Source: an uncultured Arcobacter sp.
GTDB taxonomy: Bacteria > Campylobacterota > Campylobacteria > Campylobacterales > Arcobacteraceae
Assembly: GCA_965140705.1 (NCBI GenBank)
Contig: OZ223300.1
Span: 1,792,001-1,856,000 of the forward strand
Direction of reading: 5' to 3'
Length of the DNA stretch: 64,000 nucleotides
Made by a program: the position numbers and the translations under genes. Shown here piece by piece: positions 18,095-28,100 of this stretch (the first letter of the stretch is position 1; the number at the start of each line of letters is the position of its first letter). A model generated the notes under the pieces. It was given only the letters and a program-made list of their open reading frames with translations, did no database searches and was not told the origin of the DNA.

Positions 18095-19672
18095 ATGTCT
18101 ATAAATTGTATTAGAAGATTAATTGAAGATGCTGCAATCTCACATCCACAAAAAAATGCTTTAATCCTAAATGAAAAAAGTTTGACATATGAAGAGTTAC
18201 TAACAAAAGTAAATCAAGTAGCTTTTTATCTAAATGAGTTAGATTTACCAAAAGGTAGTAGAGTTGGTATTTACTCAAATAAATGTATGGAACAAGTTAT
18301 TGCTATACTTGCCATTTTATCAACTGATTATGTCCTTGTACCTCTAACAAAACTGCTTAAACCAGACCAAGTTAAATATATAATAAAAGATTGTGATATA
18401 AAATGTATCATAACAGATAAGATAAAAGAAAATAGCATTGAAAATATTGATTTTGATGGTCATGTTATTTCATATGTTACGGTACACAAAGCTGTTCCTT
18501 CTTTTGAAGAAATTTTCAAATACTACAACAAACCATATATCTGTGAAATAAATGGACATAGTAATGCTGTAATTACTTACTCTTTTGGTATAACTGGAAC
18601 TCCAAAAGGAATTGTTATATCTCATAGAAACCTAATAGATAGTGCAAGGGTTGTCTCACAATACTTAAGTTTAAAAGAAGATGACATAATATCTGGAATT
18701 TTACTATTTAACTTGGATTATGGATTAAATCAAATCTTTTGTTCTTTATATAAAAGAGCAACTTTAGCTTTACATAGATTTATTCTAGCAAGTGACTTTT
18801 TCAATCATTTAATAAATGACAATGTAACAGTTATTCCACTTATGCCAATTAGTATTACTCAAATGTTTGATGAAGACTTACATAGACTTCCTAGTGTAGA
18901 GTTATTAAGTAATATTAGAATTATCACTTCTTCAGGTGGTAACTTAACACCTAAAATGTTAAAAGATGTACAAGAATACTTTACAAATGCAAAAATATTT
19001 TCTATGCATGGTTTAACAGAAGCCTTTAGATCAACATATTTAGACCCAAGCCAAATAAACATAAGACCTAACTCTATAGGAAAAGCTATTCCAGATGTTG
19101 AACTATATGTTATTGATGAAAATGGAAATGAGTGTGAACCAAGAGTTGTAGGTGAACTAATTCACAGAGGTGGATATATCTACAAAGGTTTTTGGAATGC
19201 TCCTATTGAAACTGGTGAGAGATTTAAATCAGTTAATATACTTAAAAATGTAATTAATCTTGAGGGACAACTAAGGGATGAAGTTGTTGTAAAAACTGGA
19301 GATTTTGTTTATAAAGATGAAGAAGGATATTTATACTTTGTATCAAGACAAGATGATATGATTAAAACAAGAGGATTTAGAGTAAGTCCTTATGAAATTG
19401 AATCTGTTGCAATAAATAATATACCTCAAATAGATCAATGTGCAGTTTTTTCAATAGAAAATGCAGAGATTGAAGAAGAGATTGTTTTTGTATATAGTGC
19501 AAAAAGTGAACTATCTTCTAAAGAGATAACTTTTGAATTAAAAAAACATCTGGCATCATATATGATTCCTCTAAGAATAATTTATAAAAAATCACTTCCT
19601 TTAATTCCTAGTGATAAAAATAAAGTTAATAAAAACCAACTTAGAGCTGAATTACTTGATTCTTTAAAATAG
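18095..19672 (+). CDS. ANL-superfamily AMP-forming ligase (acyl-CoA ligase-like) with atypical P-loop
   Basis: YSFGITGTPKG, HGLTEAFRSTYL, SIGKAIP, KTGD and RQDDMIKTRGFRVSP.EIE motifs; AAGGA RBS in the 10-bp gap after glmL. Confidence 0.88.
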   Translation: MSINCIRRLIEDAAISHPQKNALILNEKSLTYEELLTKVNQVAFYLNELDLPKGSRVGIYSNKCMEQVIAILAILSTDYVLVPLTKLLKPDQVKYIIKDCDIKCIITDKIKENSIENIDFDGHVISYVTVHKAVPSFEEIFKYYNKPYICEINGHSNAVITYSFGITGTPKGIVISHRNLIDSARVVSQYLSLKEDDIISGILLFNLDYGLNQIFCSLYKRATLALHRFILASDFFNHLINDNVTVIPLMPISITQMFDEDLHRLPSVELLSNIRIITSSGGNLTPKMLKDVQEYFTNAKIFSMHGLTEAFRSTYLDPSQINIRPNSIGKAIPDVELYVIDENGNECEPRVVGELIHRGGYIYKGFWNAPIETGERFKSVNILKNVINLEGQLRDEVVVKTGDFVYKDEEGYLYFVSRQDDMIKTRGFRVSPYEIESVAINNIPQIDQCAVFSIENAEIEEEIVFVYSAKSELSSKEITFELKKHLASYMIPLRIIYKKSLPLIPSDKNKVNKNQLRAELLDSLK

Positions 19673-19674
19673 AT

Positions 19675-19708
19675 TTTATCTAATACTTAAGATAAAGTAT
19701 TAGATAAA
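19675..19708 (+). terminator. Hairpin ending the mutase-ligase operon
   Basis: TTTATCTAATACTT-AAGATA-AAGTATTAGATAAA, a 14-bp inverted repeat right after the stop codon. Confidence 0.6.
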
Positions 19709-19732
19709 TAATTTTTGAAAATTTTAAAATTT

Positions 19733-19774
19733 TTGATTAAAATCAATTAAATTTACACTTTTTTATCTTATAAT
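19733..19774 (+). promoter_or_regulatory. FNR/CRP-family (FNR-type) box and -10 element of the first cytochrome c553 gene
   Basis: Perfect TTGAT-TAAA-ATCAA at 19733-19746 and TATAAT at 19769-19774, putting the box centre at about -41.5. Confidence 0.7.
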
Positions 19775-19805
19775 ACATTCATTAAAAAATCAAAAGGATA
19801 AAATA

Positions 19806-20081
19806 ATGAAAAAAATTCTACTTTTAACTTCAATCTTAGCATGTGTAGCATTTGCTAATCCATTTGCAAAATGTGTAGGTTGTCATGGGGCAAATGGAGA
19901 AAAAGTTGCCTTAGGAAAGTCAAAAATAATTAAAGATATGACTAAAGCTGAAATAGTTACAGCTTTAAAAGGTTATAAAGATGGAACTTATGGTGGACCA
20001 ATGAAAGGCCTAATGAAAGGTCAAGTTGCTTCTTTAAGTGATGCTGATATTCAAGCAATCGCAGATAAAATCGGAAAATAA
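19806..20081 (+). CDS. Cytochrome c553 (monoheme, periplasmic)
   Basis: Signal peptide, CVGCH, GYKDGTYGGPMKGLMKGQV. Confidence 0.95.
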   Translation: MKKILLLTSILACVAFANPFAKCVGCHGANGEKVALGKSKIIKDMTKAEIVTALKGYKDGTYGGPMKGLMKGQVASLSDADIQAIADKIGK

Positions 20082-20084
20082 TCA

Positions 20085-20110
20085 AAGTAAGAAGAGCTCT
20101 CTTCTTACTT
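20085..20110 (+). terminator. Hairpin terminator between the tandem cytochrome genes
   Basis: AAGTAAGAAGAG-CT-CTCTTCTTACTT. Confidence 0.6.
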
Positions 20111-20229
20111 AAAATAATGTTACTCTTCTCCTCAATTTAATTTTTCTTAACGAATTATTAACAAACTAATCAACTTAAAAGTAAAAGTACTATAATATTT
20201 TAATTGTAAATTAATAATAAGGGATAACA

Positions 20230-20505
20230 ATGAAAAAAATAATACTTCTTACTACAATTTTAGCATGTGCACTATTTGCTGATCCATATGCAAAATGTGT
20301 AGCTTGTCATGGGGCAAATGGAGAAAAAGCTGCAATGGGAAAATCTAAAATTATAAAAGATATGACTAAAGCTGAATTTATAGCTGCACTAAAAGGTTAT
20401 AAAGATGGAACTTATGGGGGAGCTTTAAAAGGTTTAATGGCTGGACAAGTTACTTCTTTAAGTGATGCTGATATGGAAGCATTAGCAAATCAAATAGTTA
20501 AATAG
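20230..20505 (+). CDS. Cytochrome c553 paralog (tandem duplicate)
   Basis: Same 91-aa length, CVACH, and a nearly identical core (KSKIIKDMTKAE, LKGYKDGTYGG). Confidence 0.95.
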   Translation: MKKIILLTTILACALFADPYAKCVACHGANGEKAAMGKSKIIKDMTKAEFIAALKGYKDGTYGGALKGLMAGQVTSLSDADMEALANQIVK

Positions 20506-20585
20506 GCCTTATTTAAATAAAATTGATACTTTTAAAGATAATTTTTGTAATATAATAACAAAGAAAGTTTTTAAAGGTCTCAGTT

Positions 20586-22880
20586 TTGAAATCAAGCTAC
20601 AAAACCAAATTTTTATTTTTTCACTTTTTATCTGTATTAATTTTAATAAGTTCAATCTACATATATGATACTATTTCTGATCAATCAAATATAAACAATA
20701 TATCAAGTAAAAATTTCAAAACTGTTTTTAATGAAAAAAAACAATATATAACTAAATTAATAAATTTAAAAAAGACTCTTCTAAATACAATAGCAAATAA
20801 TCAAATTTTTAATAACTACATCAATAACAAAGAAAATGTAAAAAATGTTCAAAATCTCTTTGCTGCATTAGTTAATACAAATTCATATATCTTCCAATTA
20901 AGCTATATTGATTTAGCTGGTAATGAAAAAATAAAAGTTGTTAAAGAGCCCTCAAAAAAAGGCTCGCCTAGTAAAATCATACCAAATAATTTATTAGAAA
21001 ATAAATCAAACAGTGACTATTTTAAAACCTTTATGGAACTAAAAAAAGATATTTTTGGTCTTTCAAACATAAGTTTAAACACGGAGCATGGGAAAATTAC
21101 TGAACCAAAAATAGCAACAATAAAAGTTGCTAAAACTATTTATGATAATCATGGTAATAAAACAGGTTTTATTGTCATAAATGTACTAGTTGATGAACTT
21201 TTTAATTATCTAGAAAAAGATAAATTTTTTAAAATATATTTAATAACTTCTAAAGGTGAAATTGTATTCCCAAATGATAAAGAAATGGGAATATACTCAG
21301 AAAATTTTAAAAAATATTTAATAGATTCTCACTTTAAAGAATTAGACATAAAGTCTATTTTAAATAAAGATGAATTTTCAAATAAAAAATTCTTTTCGGT
21401 AAAAATCAATAGTTTCAATAAAAATGAAAAATTTACACTTCTATTTGAATCAAAATATAACTCTTTAGAAAAAGAATTAGATGCAAAAAAGAAACAACTA
21501 ATATATGTGCTTATAGTTATTTCAATTTTAGCCCTTCCTCTTGTCTTATATTTTGCAGGTATTCCTGAAAAACTTGAAAGAAAAATTATAAAACAATTCA
21601 TCACTGATGATTTGACTAAATTACCAAATTTAGAGCATTTATTAAGTGATTTGAAAGAGAAAGAGTTCAAAGATTGTTTAATAGTATTATTGAATATTAC
21701 TAATGATAAGAATATTCAAAATATTTATGGATTTAATGTTACGAAAGAGTTATTAAAAGAGTGTGCTCAGTTTTTTATTAACTATACAGAAAAAGACAAA
21801 AGATTTTTAAAAGTATATAAAATCAAACATAATGTTTTTGCATTTAAATACTTATATAAAAATAGAAATATATTAAATGAATCTTTAAATAAAATCCAAA
21901 ATTTATTAGAAAATAAAGAGTTTTTAATACTAAATAAATATGAGATAACTATAGATACTACTATAGGTGTAAGTAGTATAGATGTACTAAATAACAATAT
22001 AAATGAGTTAAAAGAGGCTGAAATAGCATTAGATGATGCATTACAATCAAATCATGACATCTCTATTTATAATAGTTCCCATGTTGAAAATCTTGAAAAA
22101 CATAAATTAAATATCGAAAAAATTAAAGTAATAAAAGATGCTATTTTAAACAATAATGTAATTATAGCTTTTCAACCTATTTTTAACAACTTTCAAGGGA
22201 AAGTTGAAAAATATGAAGCTCTTGTAAGATTAAAATATAAAGATAAAATATTTTATCCTGATGAGTTTTTACAAATCTCAAAAAAGATTAAAAAATATAA
22301 AACTTTAACAAAGATAATTATAGAAAAAACATTTGAATTTTTTAAAGACAAAGATTTTGAGTTTTCTATTAATTTAAGTATGGAGGATATCCTTGATAAT
22401 GAAATTAGAGAATATCTTTTTAAAGAAATTGATAGATACAATTTCCAAAATAAACTTGTAATAGAACTTGTTGAAACAGAGGCTATAAATAACTATGAAG
22501 CATTTACAAGTTTTATAAAAGAGATAAAAAAATTAAATTGTAAAATTGCTATAGATGATTTTGGAAGTGGATATTCAAACTATGATTATATAATTAAGCT
22601 TTCTGATTACATTGATTACTTAAAAATTGATGGAACACTAATTACAGATATAGATACAAATAAAAAAACTCAGCTTCTTGTAGGTACCTTAAAATTTTTA
22701 TGTGATAGTTTGAAAATAAAAACAATTGCAGAGTATGTAGAAAATAAAGAAATTTTTGAATTTATTAAAGCAATGGATATCTCTTATTCTCAAGGATATT
22801 ATATAGGTAAACCAGAATTTGAACTAACAGAGAATGAGTGGATAAAAGATGAAAAGAAAAAAGACTTAAACTACTTCTAA
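20586..22880 (+). CDS. Periplasmic Cache-like sensor / degenerate GGDEF / EAL phosphodiesterase
   Basis: Two TM segments flank a periplasmic domain. DDLTKLPN is followed by KHNVF at the GGDEF position. EAL motifs are intact: YEALVR, ELVETE, IDDFGSGYSN, LKIDG, AEYVE, QGYY. Confidence 0.9.
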   Translation: MKSSYKTKFLFFHFLSVLILISSIYIYDTISDQSNINNISSKNFKTVFNEKKQYITKLINLKKTLLNTIANNQIFNNYINNKENVKNVQNLFAALVNTNSYIFQLSYIDLAGNEKIKVVKEPSKKGSPSKIIPNNLLENKSNSDYFKTFMELKKDIFGLSNISLNTEHGKITEPKIATIKVAKTIYDNHGNKTGFIVINVLVDELFNYLEKDKFFKIYLITSKGEIVFPNDKEMGIYSENFKKYLIDSHFKELDIKSILNKDEFSNKKFFSVKINSFNKNEKFTLLFESKYNSLEKELDAKKKQLIYVLIVISILALPLVLYFAGIPEKLERKIIKQFITDDLTKLPNLEHLLSDLKEKEFKDCLIVLLNITNDKNIQNIYGFNVTKELLKECAQFFINYTEKDKRFLKVYKIKHNVFAFKYLYKNRNILNESLNKIQNLLENKEFLILNKYEITIDTTIGVSSIDVLNNNINELKEAEIALDDALQSNHDISIYNSSHVENLEKHKLNIEKIKVIKDAILNNNVIIAFQPIFNNFQGKVEKYEALVRLKYKDKIFYPDEFLQISKKIKKYKTLTKIIIEKTFEFFKDKDFEFSINLSMEDILDNEIREYLFKEIDRYNFQNKLVIELVETEAINNYEAFTSFIKEIKKLNCKIAIDDFGSGYSNYDYIIKLSDYIDYLKIDGTLITDIDTNKKTQLLVGTLKFLCDSLKIKTIAEYVENKEIFEFIKAMDISYSQGYYIGKPEFELTENEWIKDEKKKDLNYF

Positions 22881-23708
22881 TCTATCTCTTCCATTTAATT
22901 TTGCTTCATAAACTTTTTTATCAGCCATTTTTATGAACTCATCTATAGAGTTTGCCTTGCTATAAAAAGATACTCCCATAGAAACAGTTACAGATATATC
23001 TTTCAAAGGATGAAATATCATTTGAGATTTTATATCTTCCCTTAGAATATTAAGTTTTTTTATTAGTTCATCTTTTTTCTCAAAACATAAAATTATAAAC
23101 TCTTCTCCCCCATATCTGTATGCTTCACCATTTAAACTATAAGCATGAGATTGAATCTTATTTGCTAAATACTTTAGTACCCTATCTCCTGTATCATGTC
23201 CAAAGTTATCATTTATACCTTTAAACCTATCAGCATCAATAAACACTGCACAAAGTAAGGAAGAGTGTTTTTGTTTAGTAAAAAGTTCTAAATCTGCCTC
23301 CATCTTTCTTCTATTGTATAAAGAAGTTAAAGCATCTTTATTCATCATATCTTTTAGAAGTTCCTTTTCCCTCAAAAGTTCTTCTATCAAATTATCTTTA
23401 AAATTTTCAATTGTATTTATATTCTTTTGTTCTAAGATTTTTCCTAATTTAAATTCAAACTTATTTAATTTTGAATTATAATCTACTTCTTTACACTCAA
23501 TTTTAATAGATGGTTTTTCTTCACCTAATCCATTTCTTAGAATCAAACTATCTACTTTTTTAATATCATATCTTATTTTATCATCTACAATTTTTATATC
23601 TAAAAGCTCACTTCTCCAATATTTATTAATATCTTTTGATAGAACTCTTAATTTCATATTCAAAATATCTTCAAATATCTCTTTTCCAACAGAAATTGTA
23701 ATTGTCAC
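22866..23708 (-). CDS. Diguanylate cyclase (GGEEF) with N-terminal ASCH/PUA-like domain
   Basis: DALTSLYNRR, DADRFKGINDNFGHDTGD, RYGGEEF and AKLNGRD. The N-terminal ~97 aa resembles ASCH (see findings). Confidence 0.9.
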   Translation of the reverse strand: MTITISVGKEIFEDILNMKLRVLSKDINKYWRSELLDIKIVDDKIRYDIKKVDSLILRNGLGEEKPSIKIECKEVDYNSKLNKFEFKLGKILEQKNINTIENFKDNLIEELLREKELLKDMMNKDALTSLYNRRKMEADLELFTKQKHSSLLCAVFIDADRFKGINDNFGHDTGDRVLKYLANKIQSHAYSLNGEAYRYGGEEFIILCFEKKDELIKKLNILREDIKSQMIFHPLKDISVTVSMGVSFYSKANSIDEFIKMADKKVYEAKLNGRDRLEVV

Positions 23709-23829
23709 TTACATTTAGCCTTTAAAACTCTTTTTAACATGATATAGTATTACAATTTACAAAGACATAAACATCAATTTAAAATTCATTATGATAAAAT
23801 CACAAAATTTAATAAACATTAGGATTATT

Positions 23830-25137
23830 ATGAAAAAAATTTACCTTCTTTTATCTATTTTTACTATTTCATTTCTTTTTTTAGGTTGTTCATCAAAGCA
23901 ATTGGATACAGAAGTAAATGATCTAAAAATTTATAAACAAGACCCAAAAGAGTACACTTCTTCTATTCCTAAGTTGGATAAAAATGTTCAAGATGAATTA
24001 GACCAAGAGTTCAATAAAAGATATTTTAGCCCTTGGCATAAAGAGAGATTTAAAGCAAGTTTGAAAGATGTAACTTGGCAATTTTCTTATAAAAATAAAA
24101 AAGTTTATGGGGACAACAATAGATTGATCAAAAAAGAGTGGTTTGATGAACAAATTGATAACTCCAATTTTGAAAAATATAATACCTTTTTAAAAAAAGC
24201 AATTACGGTTAAAAACTCAAATCTAAGACTTTTCCCAAGTGATAGTAAAATCTTTTATAATCCTTCTATTGCAGGAGAAGGTTTTCCTTTTGATTATAAT
24301 CAAAACTCTGGTATAAAAATCAATTCACCAATTTTGATTTCTCACTTATCTAAAGATAGAGCTTGGGCATATGTTTTATCTTCTTTTGCAAAAGGTTGGA
24401 TAAAAGTAACAGATATAGCATATATGAATGATAAACTAATGAAGTTCTTTGAAAATGGAAACTACTACGTTGCTATTAAAGATAATTTTCCAATATACAA
24501 AAAAGGTGTCTTTGTAGAATATATAAAATTAGGGACACTCTTTCCTGTAAAAAACAATAAAGCAATTACCATTGGAAGATATGGGAACAATGAGGGTTAT
24601 AGTAGAGTAATAGAGATTCCAAATGTATATATTGCAAAAAAACCAATTGACTTTAATAGTAAAAATATTACAAATATCATGAATCAATTAATTGCAGAAC
24701 CATATGGTTGGGGTGAAATACTAAATCATAGGGATTGTTCAGCTTTGACAAAAGATTATTTTGCACCCTTTGGAATAAACTTAAAAAGAAACTCTTATGG
24801 ACAAACTTTAGATTATAAATATTATGATATAAAAAAGCTCTCAAATGAGAAGAAAAAAGAGTTTATTATAAAAAATGGTATTCCTTTTTTGACTTTAGCA
24901 TATATGCATGGTCATATCATGCTTTATATTGGAAAAAAAGATGGAGAACCTCTATTTTTCCATAATGTTTGGGGTGTAAAAACAAAAAGTTTCTTTGGAA
25001 AAGATGGTAGAAAAATTGTTGGGAAAGCAGTAATTACTTCTTTAAATATGGGTGAAGAAGTAAACAATTTTGATGAAAAAAGAAGTTTAGCCTCAAGAAT
25101 ACTTGGAATTGTAAATGTTACTCAAAAAAAAGAGTAA
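23830..25137 (+). CDS. NlpC/P60 lipoprotein with SH3b domains (peptidoglycan peptidase)
   Basis: Lipobox FLGC after ATG 23830 (AGGA RBS), FPFDYNQNS, PYGWG, RDCSA catalytic Cys, GHIMLYIG. Confidence 0.9.
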   Translation: MKKIYLLLSIFTISFLFLGCSSKQLDTEVNDLKIYKQDPKEYTSSIPKLDKNVQDELDQEFNKRYFSPWHKERFKASLKDVTWQFSYKNKKVYGDNNRLIKKEWFDEQIDNSNFEKYNTFLKKAITVKNSNLRLFPSDSKIFYNPSIAGEGFPFDYNQNSGIKINSPILISHLSKDRAWAYVLSSFAKGWIKVTDIAYMNDKLMKFFENGNYYVAIKDNFPIYKKGVFVEYIKLGTLFPVKNNKAITIGRYGNNEGYSRVIEIPNVYIAKKPIDFNSKNITNIMNQLIAEPYGWGEILNHRDCSALTKDYFAPFGINLKRNSYGQTLDYKYYDIKKLSNEKKKEFIIKNGIPFLTLAYMHGHIMLYIGKKDGEPLFFHNVWGVKTKSFFGKDGRKIVGKAVITSLNMGEEVNNFDEKRSLASRILGIVNVTQKKE

Positions 25138-25141
25138 CACT

Positions 25142-28100
25142 TTACAGTTTTCTTAAATAAACAATTCTATAAAGCATAGGTACATAATATAGATTTAAAA
25201 CTGTAGCCCACAATACTCCAAAACCTAAAGATACAGCCATTGGCTGTAAAATAAGAGCTTGTCCAGAAGCAAAAAACATCAAAGTAAACAGACCTAAAAT
25301 AGTTGTAATAGATGTTAGTAAAATAGGTCTTAACCTCAAAAGTGCAAGCTCTAAAAGTTCATCTAAAGTTTTTGCTTTTTTAATAAAATCCATCATAATT
25401 ATTCCATCATTAACAATAACTCCTGCAAGTCCAACCATACCAATCAAACTTGCCATTGTAATATTTAAACCAAGAACAAAATGTCCAATAAAAACACCTA
25501 AAATAGATAAAGGAATAGTAGAAAGAATTATAAGTGATTTAACTACAGAATCAAACATCCATACAAGGGCAATAAAGATAAGTATAATAGCGATTACAGC
25601 AGCTTCACCCATCTCTTTTTGTACTTTTTTATTCTCTTTTTGCTCACCTTTTATATCAATGCTGACTTTTGATTTGTATTTATCTAAAATTGGATTTAGC
25701 TTATCAAATACTTCTGTTGAAGTCATTTTTCCATTAATAGAACCTGTTACAGATACTATTCTCTCTCCATTTTCTTTAAAAATTTGTGAATAGGCATTTT
25801 TTCTAACAATATCAACAACATCTTTTAAAAATACTTTTTCATTTGTATTAGGCACGATTATCTCAAAATCATTTAAACTTTTTATATAATCTTTATTTTT
25901 ACTTTGAAAAACAACATCAACTATACCCTTTTTATCAAACATTTTTGAATATGTACCTTTAAAATAAAAAGGTCTAACTGAGGAGATAATGTAATTTTCA
26001 CTTATTCCTAAATCTTGACCATAGGCATTAACTTTAAACTTAAGCTCAATATTTCCCATCATAAAATCATCAGCTACATTTGATACCCCATCTATATTAT
26101 TCAAAGCTTTTTTGATATTTGTAACAGCAGTTCTTACCTCTTTTTCATTACCACTTATTGATAATTCTAAATCATTTTTAACTATTCCAGCTTTTGGTGT
26201 AAATACTTTTAAATCTTCAAATTTACCAGATTTTATCTCTGGTTCTAAAAGTTTTTGTAACTCTTTTTCTATTGTTTGTGATGATTTTTCCCTTATCATA
26301 TTTGTAGCATCATATTTAGGAGAAAGATAAGGATTTATATATTTATCAAAGAAGTTTTGAGGTGCTCTTTCATTTAGATTAACAAATATTTGGAAATAAA
26401 ACTCCTCAGTCTCTGGTTGATTTTTACCATCAAGTTTTAAACCAATTACAGAAGATACGGATTGCAAATTATTAGCAAAATCGTAATTCTTTAAAATCTT
26501 ATCTTCAATTTTTTTTACAATTGCTTCTGTTTGTTCTATTTTCTTACCAACACCAACTGATCCACTTATATACACTTGTGTAGTATCAAAATCAGACAGA
26601 AATTTAAACTTTGAACTCATAACAATAAAAATTGTTAAACTAACAATTGTTAAAACCATAATAATTAAAGATGTATATTTTTTCTTTAGTAAAAAGCTTA
26701 AAATCTTTTTATATAGTTTTTTATTCCAATCCCATATTTTATCTGCTTTTTCTTCTTCTTTGTTTACTCTTAAAATCTGTTTTGCATGTAAGGGCAAAAA
26801 GAAAAAGGCCTCAAAAAGTGAAGAAACAAGAAGGATAGTAATCATAATAGGAAGTATTTTCATAAACTTCCCCATTTCTCCTGTCATAAGTAAAATTGGC
26901 AAAAAAGCAAATATTGTTGTTGCAGTTGCAGTTAATACAGCCGGATAAACTTCAACAGAACCATCAATAGCAGCTTGTAATCTATCTTTTCCCATTTCCA
27001 TATGTCGATATATATTTTCACCCACAACTATAGCTTCGTCTACAAGCATTCCAAGGGCAATCAATGCACCCAATAAAGAAAGCATGTTTAAACTATAACC
27101 CATAGCTTCAGCACTAATAAGTCCTATCATAAATGAAGTTGGAATCCCAATAGCTATTACTATTGCAATTCTTGCATTTATAAAGAAAAATAAGGCTAAG
27201 AAAAGCAGACACAATCCAAAAAAGATATTTGAAAAAACAGTATTTAGCCTATTTTTTATCCAAACAGAAGTATCAGTATGTGTTGCAAAATTAAGTTCTG
27301 GATACTTTTTTTTGTACTCTTTTAGTTTCTCTTTTATTTGATGAACAAGTTCAACTGCATCGCCAGTCTCTCCCTTATTTATACCAATAGAGACATCTCT
27401 ACTACCATTAAAGTGAGAGATAGTATTAACATCTGCTAATTCATATTTGATTTTTGCAATATCTTTTAAATAAATTTTTTGATTTGATATCTTTAAAATC
27501 GTATTTTTGATATTATTAATATTTTTTTCACCATTAAAAGTACTTAAATAGTAGTGTCTAGAAGTATCTTTTATAATACCTGCTGGAAAAATAGAACTCA
27601 AATTTTCAACTGCTGTTAGTACTTCTTGTAAATTAAGTCCATAAGCTAAGATTTTCTTTTCATCAAACTCTACAAGTAACTCTTTATCACTATCTCCCCA
27701 AATAGAAATATCACTTAAATCACCCATTTTTGAAAATGTCGATTTTAAATCTTTTGCTATTTCTAAAAGTTGAGTTTTAGTTTTTTCTCCATAAACTACT
27801 ACTGTAATAAGAGGTATTGCATTGACTTTTTCTTTTACAGTTGGTTCATCCATATCTGTTGGAAAGTTCGTTTTTACTTTTGTAATAATATCTTTAATAT
27901 CACCTATTACATTTTGTGCTTTAAAGCCCTTTTTTAGTTTAACAGTAATTGAAAAATATCCATTTTTTATTGTAGAAGTAACATCAGCAGCTTCTTTTAT
28001 AGATGATAACTCATCTTCAATATCTTCAACAGCCATTTTATCAAGTAAATCTGAACTAGCTCCTGGATAAGAACCATTTATAACAACAGCATCAAGAGCA

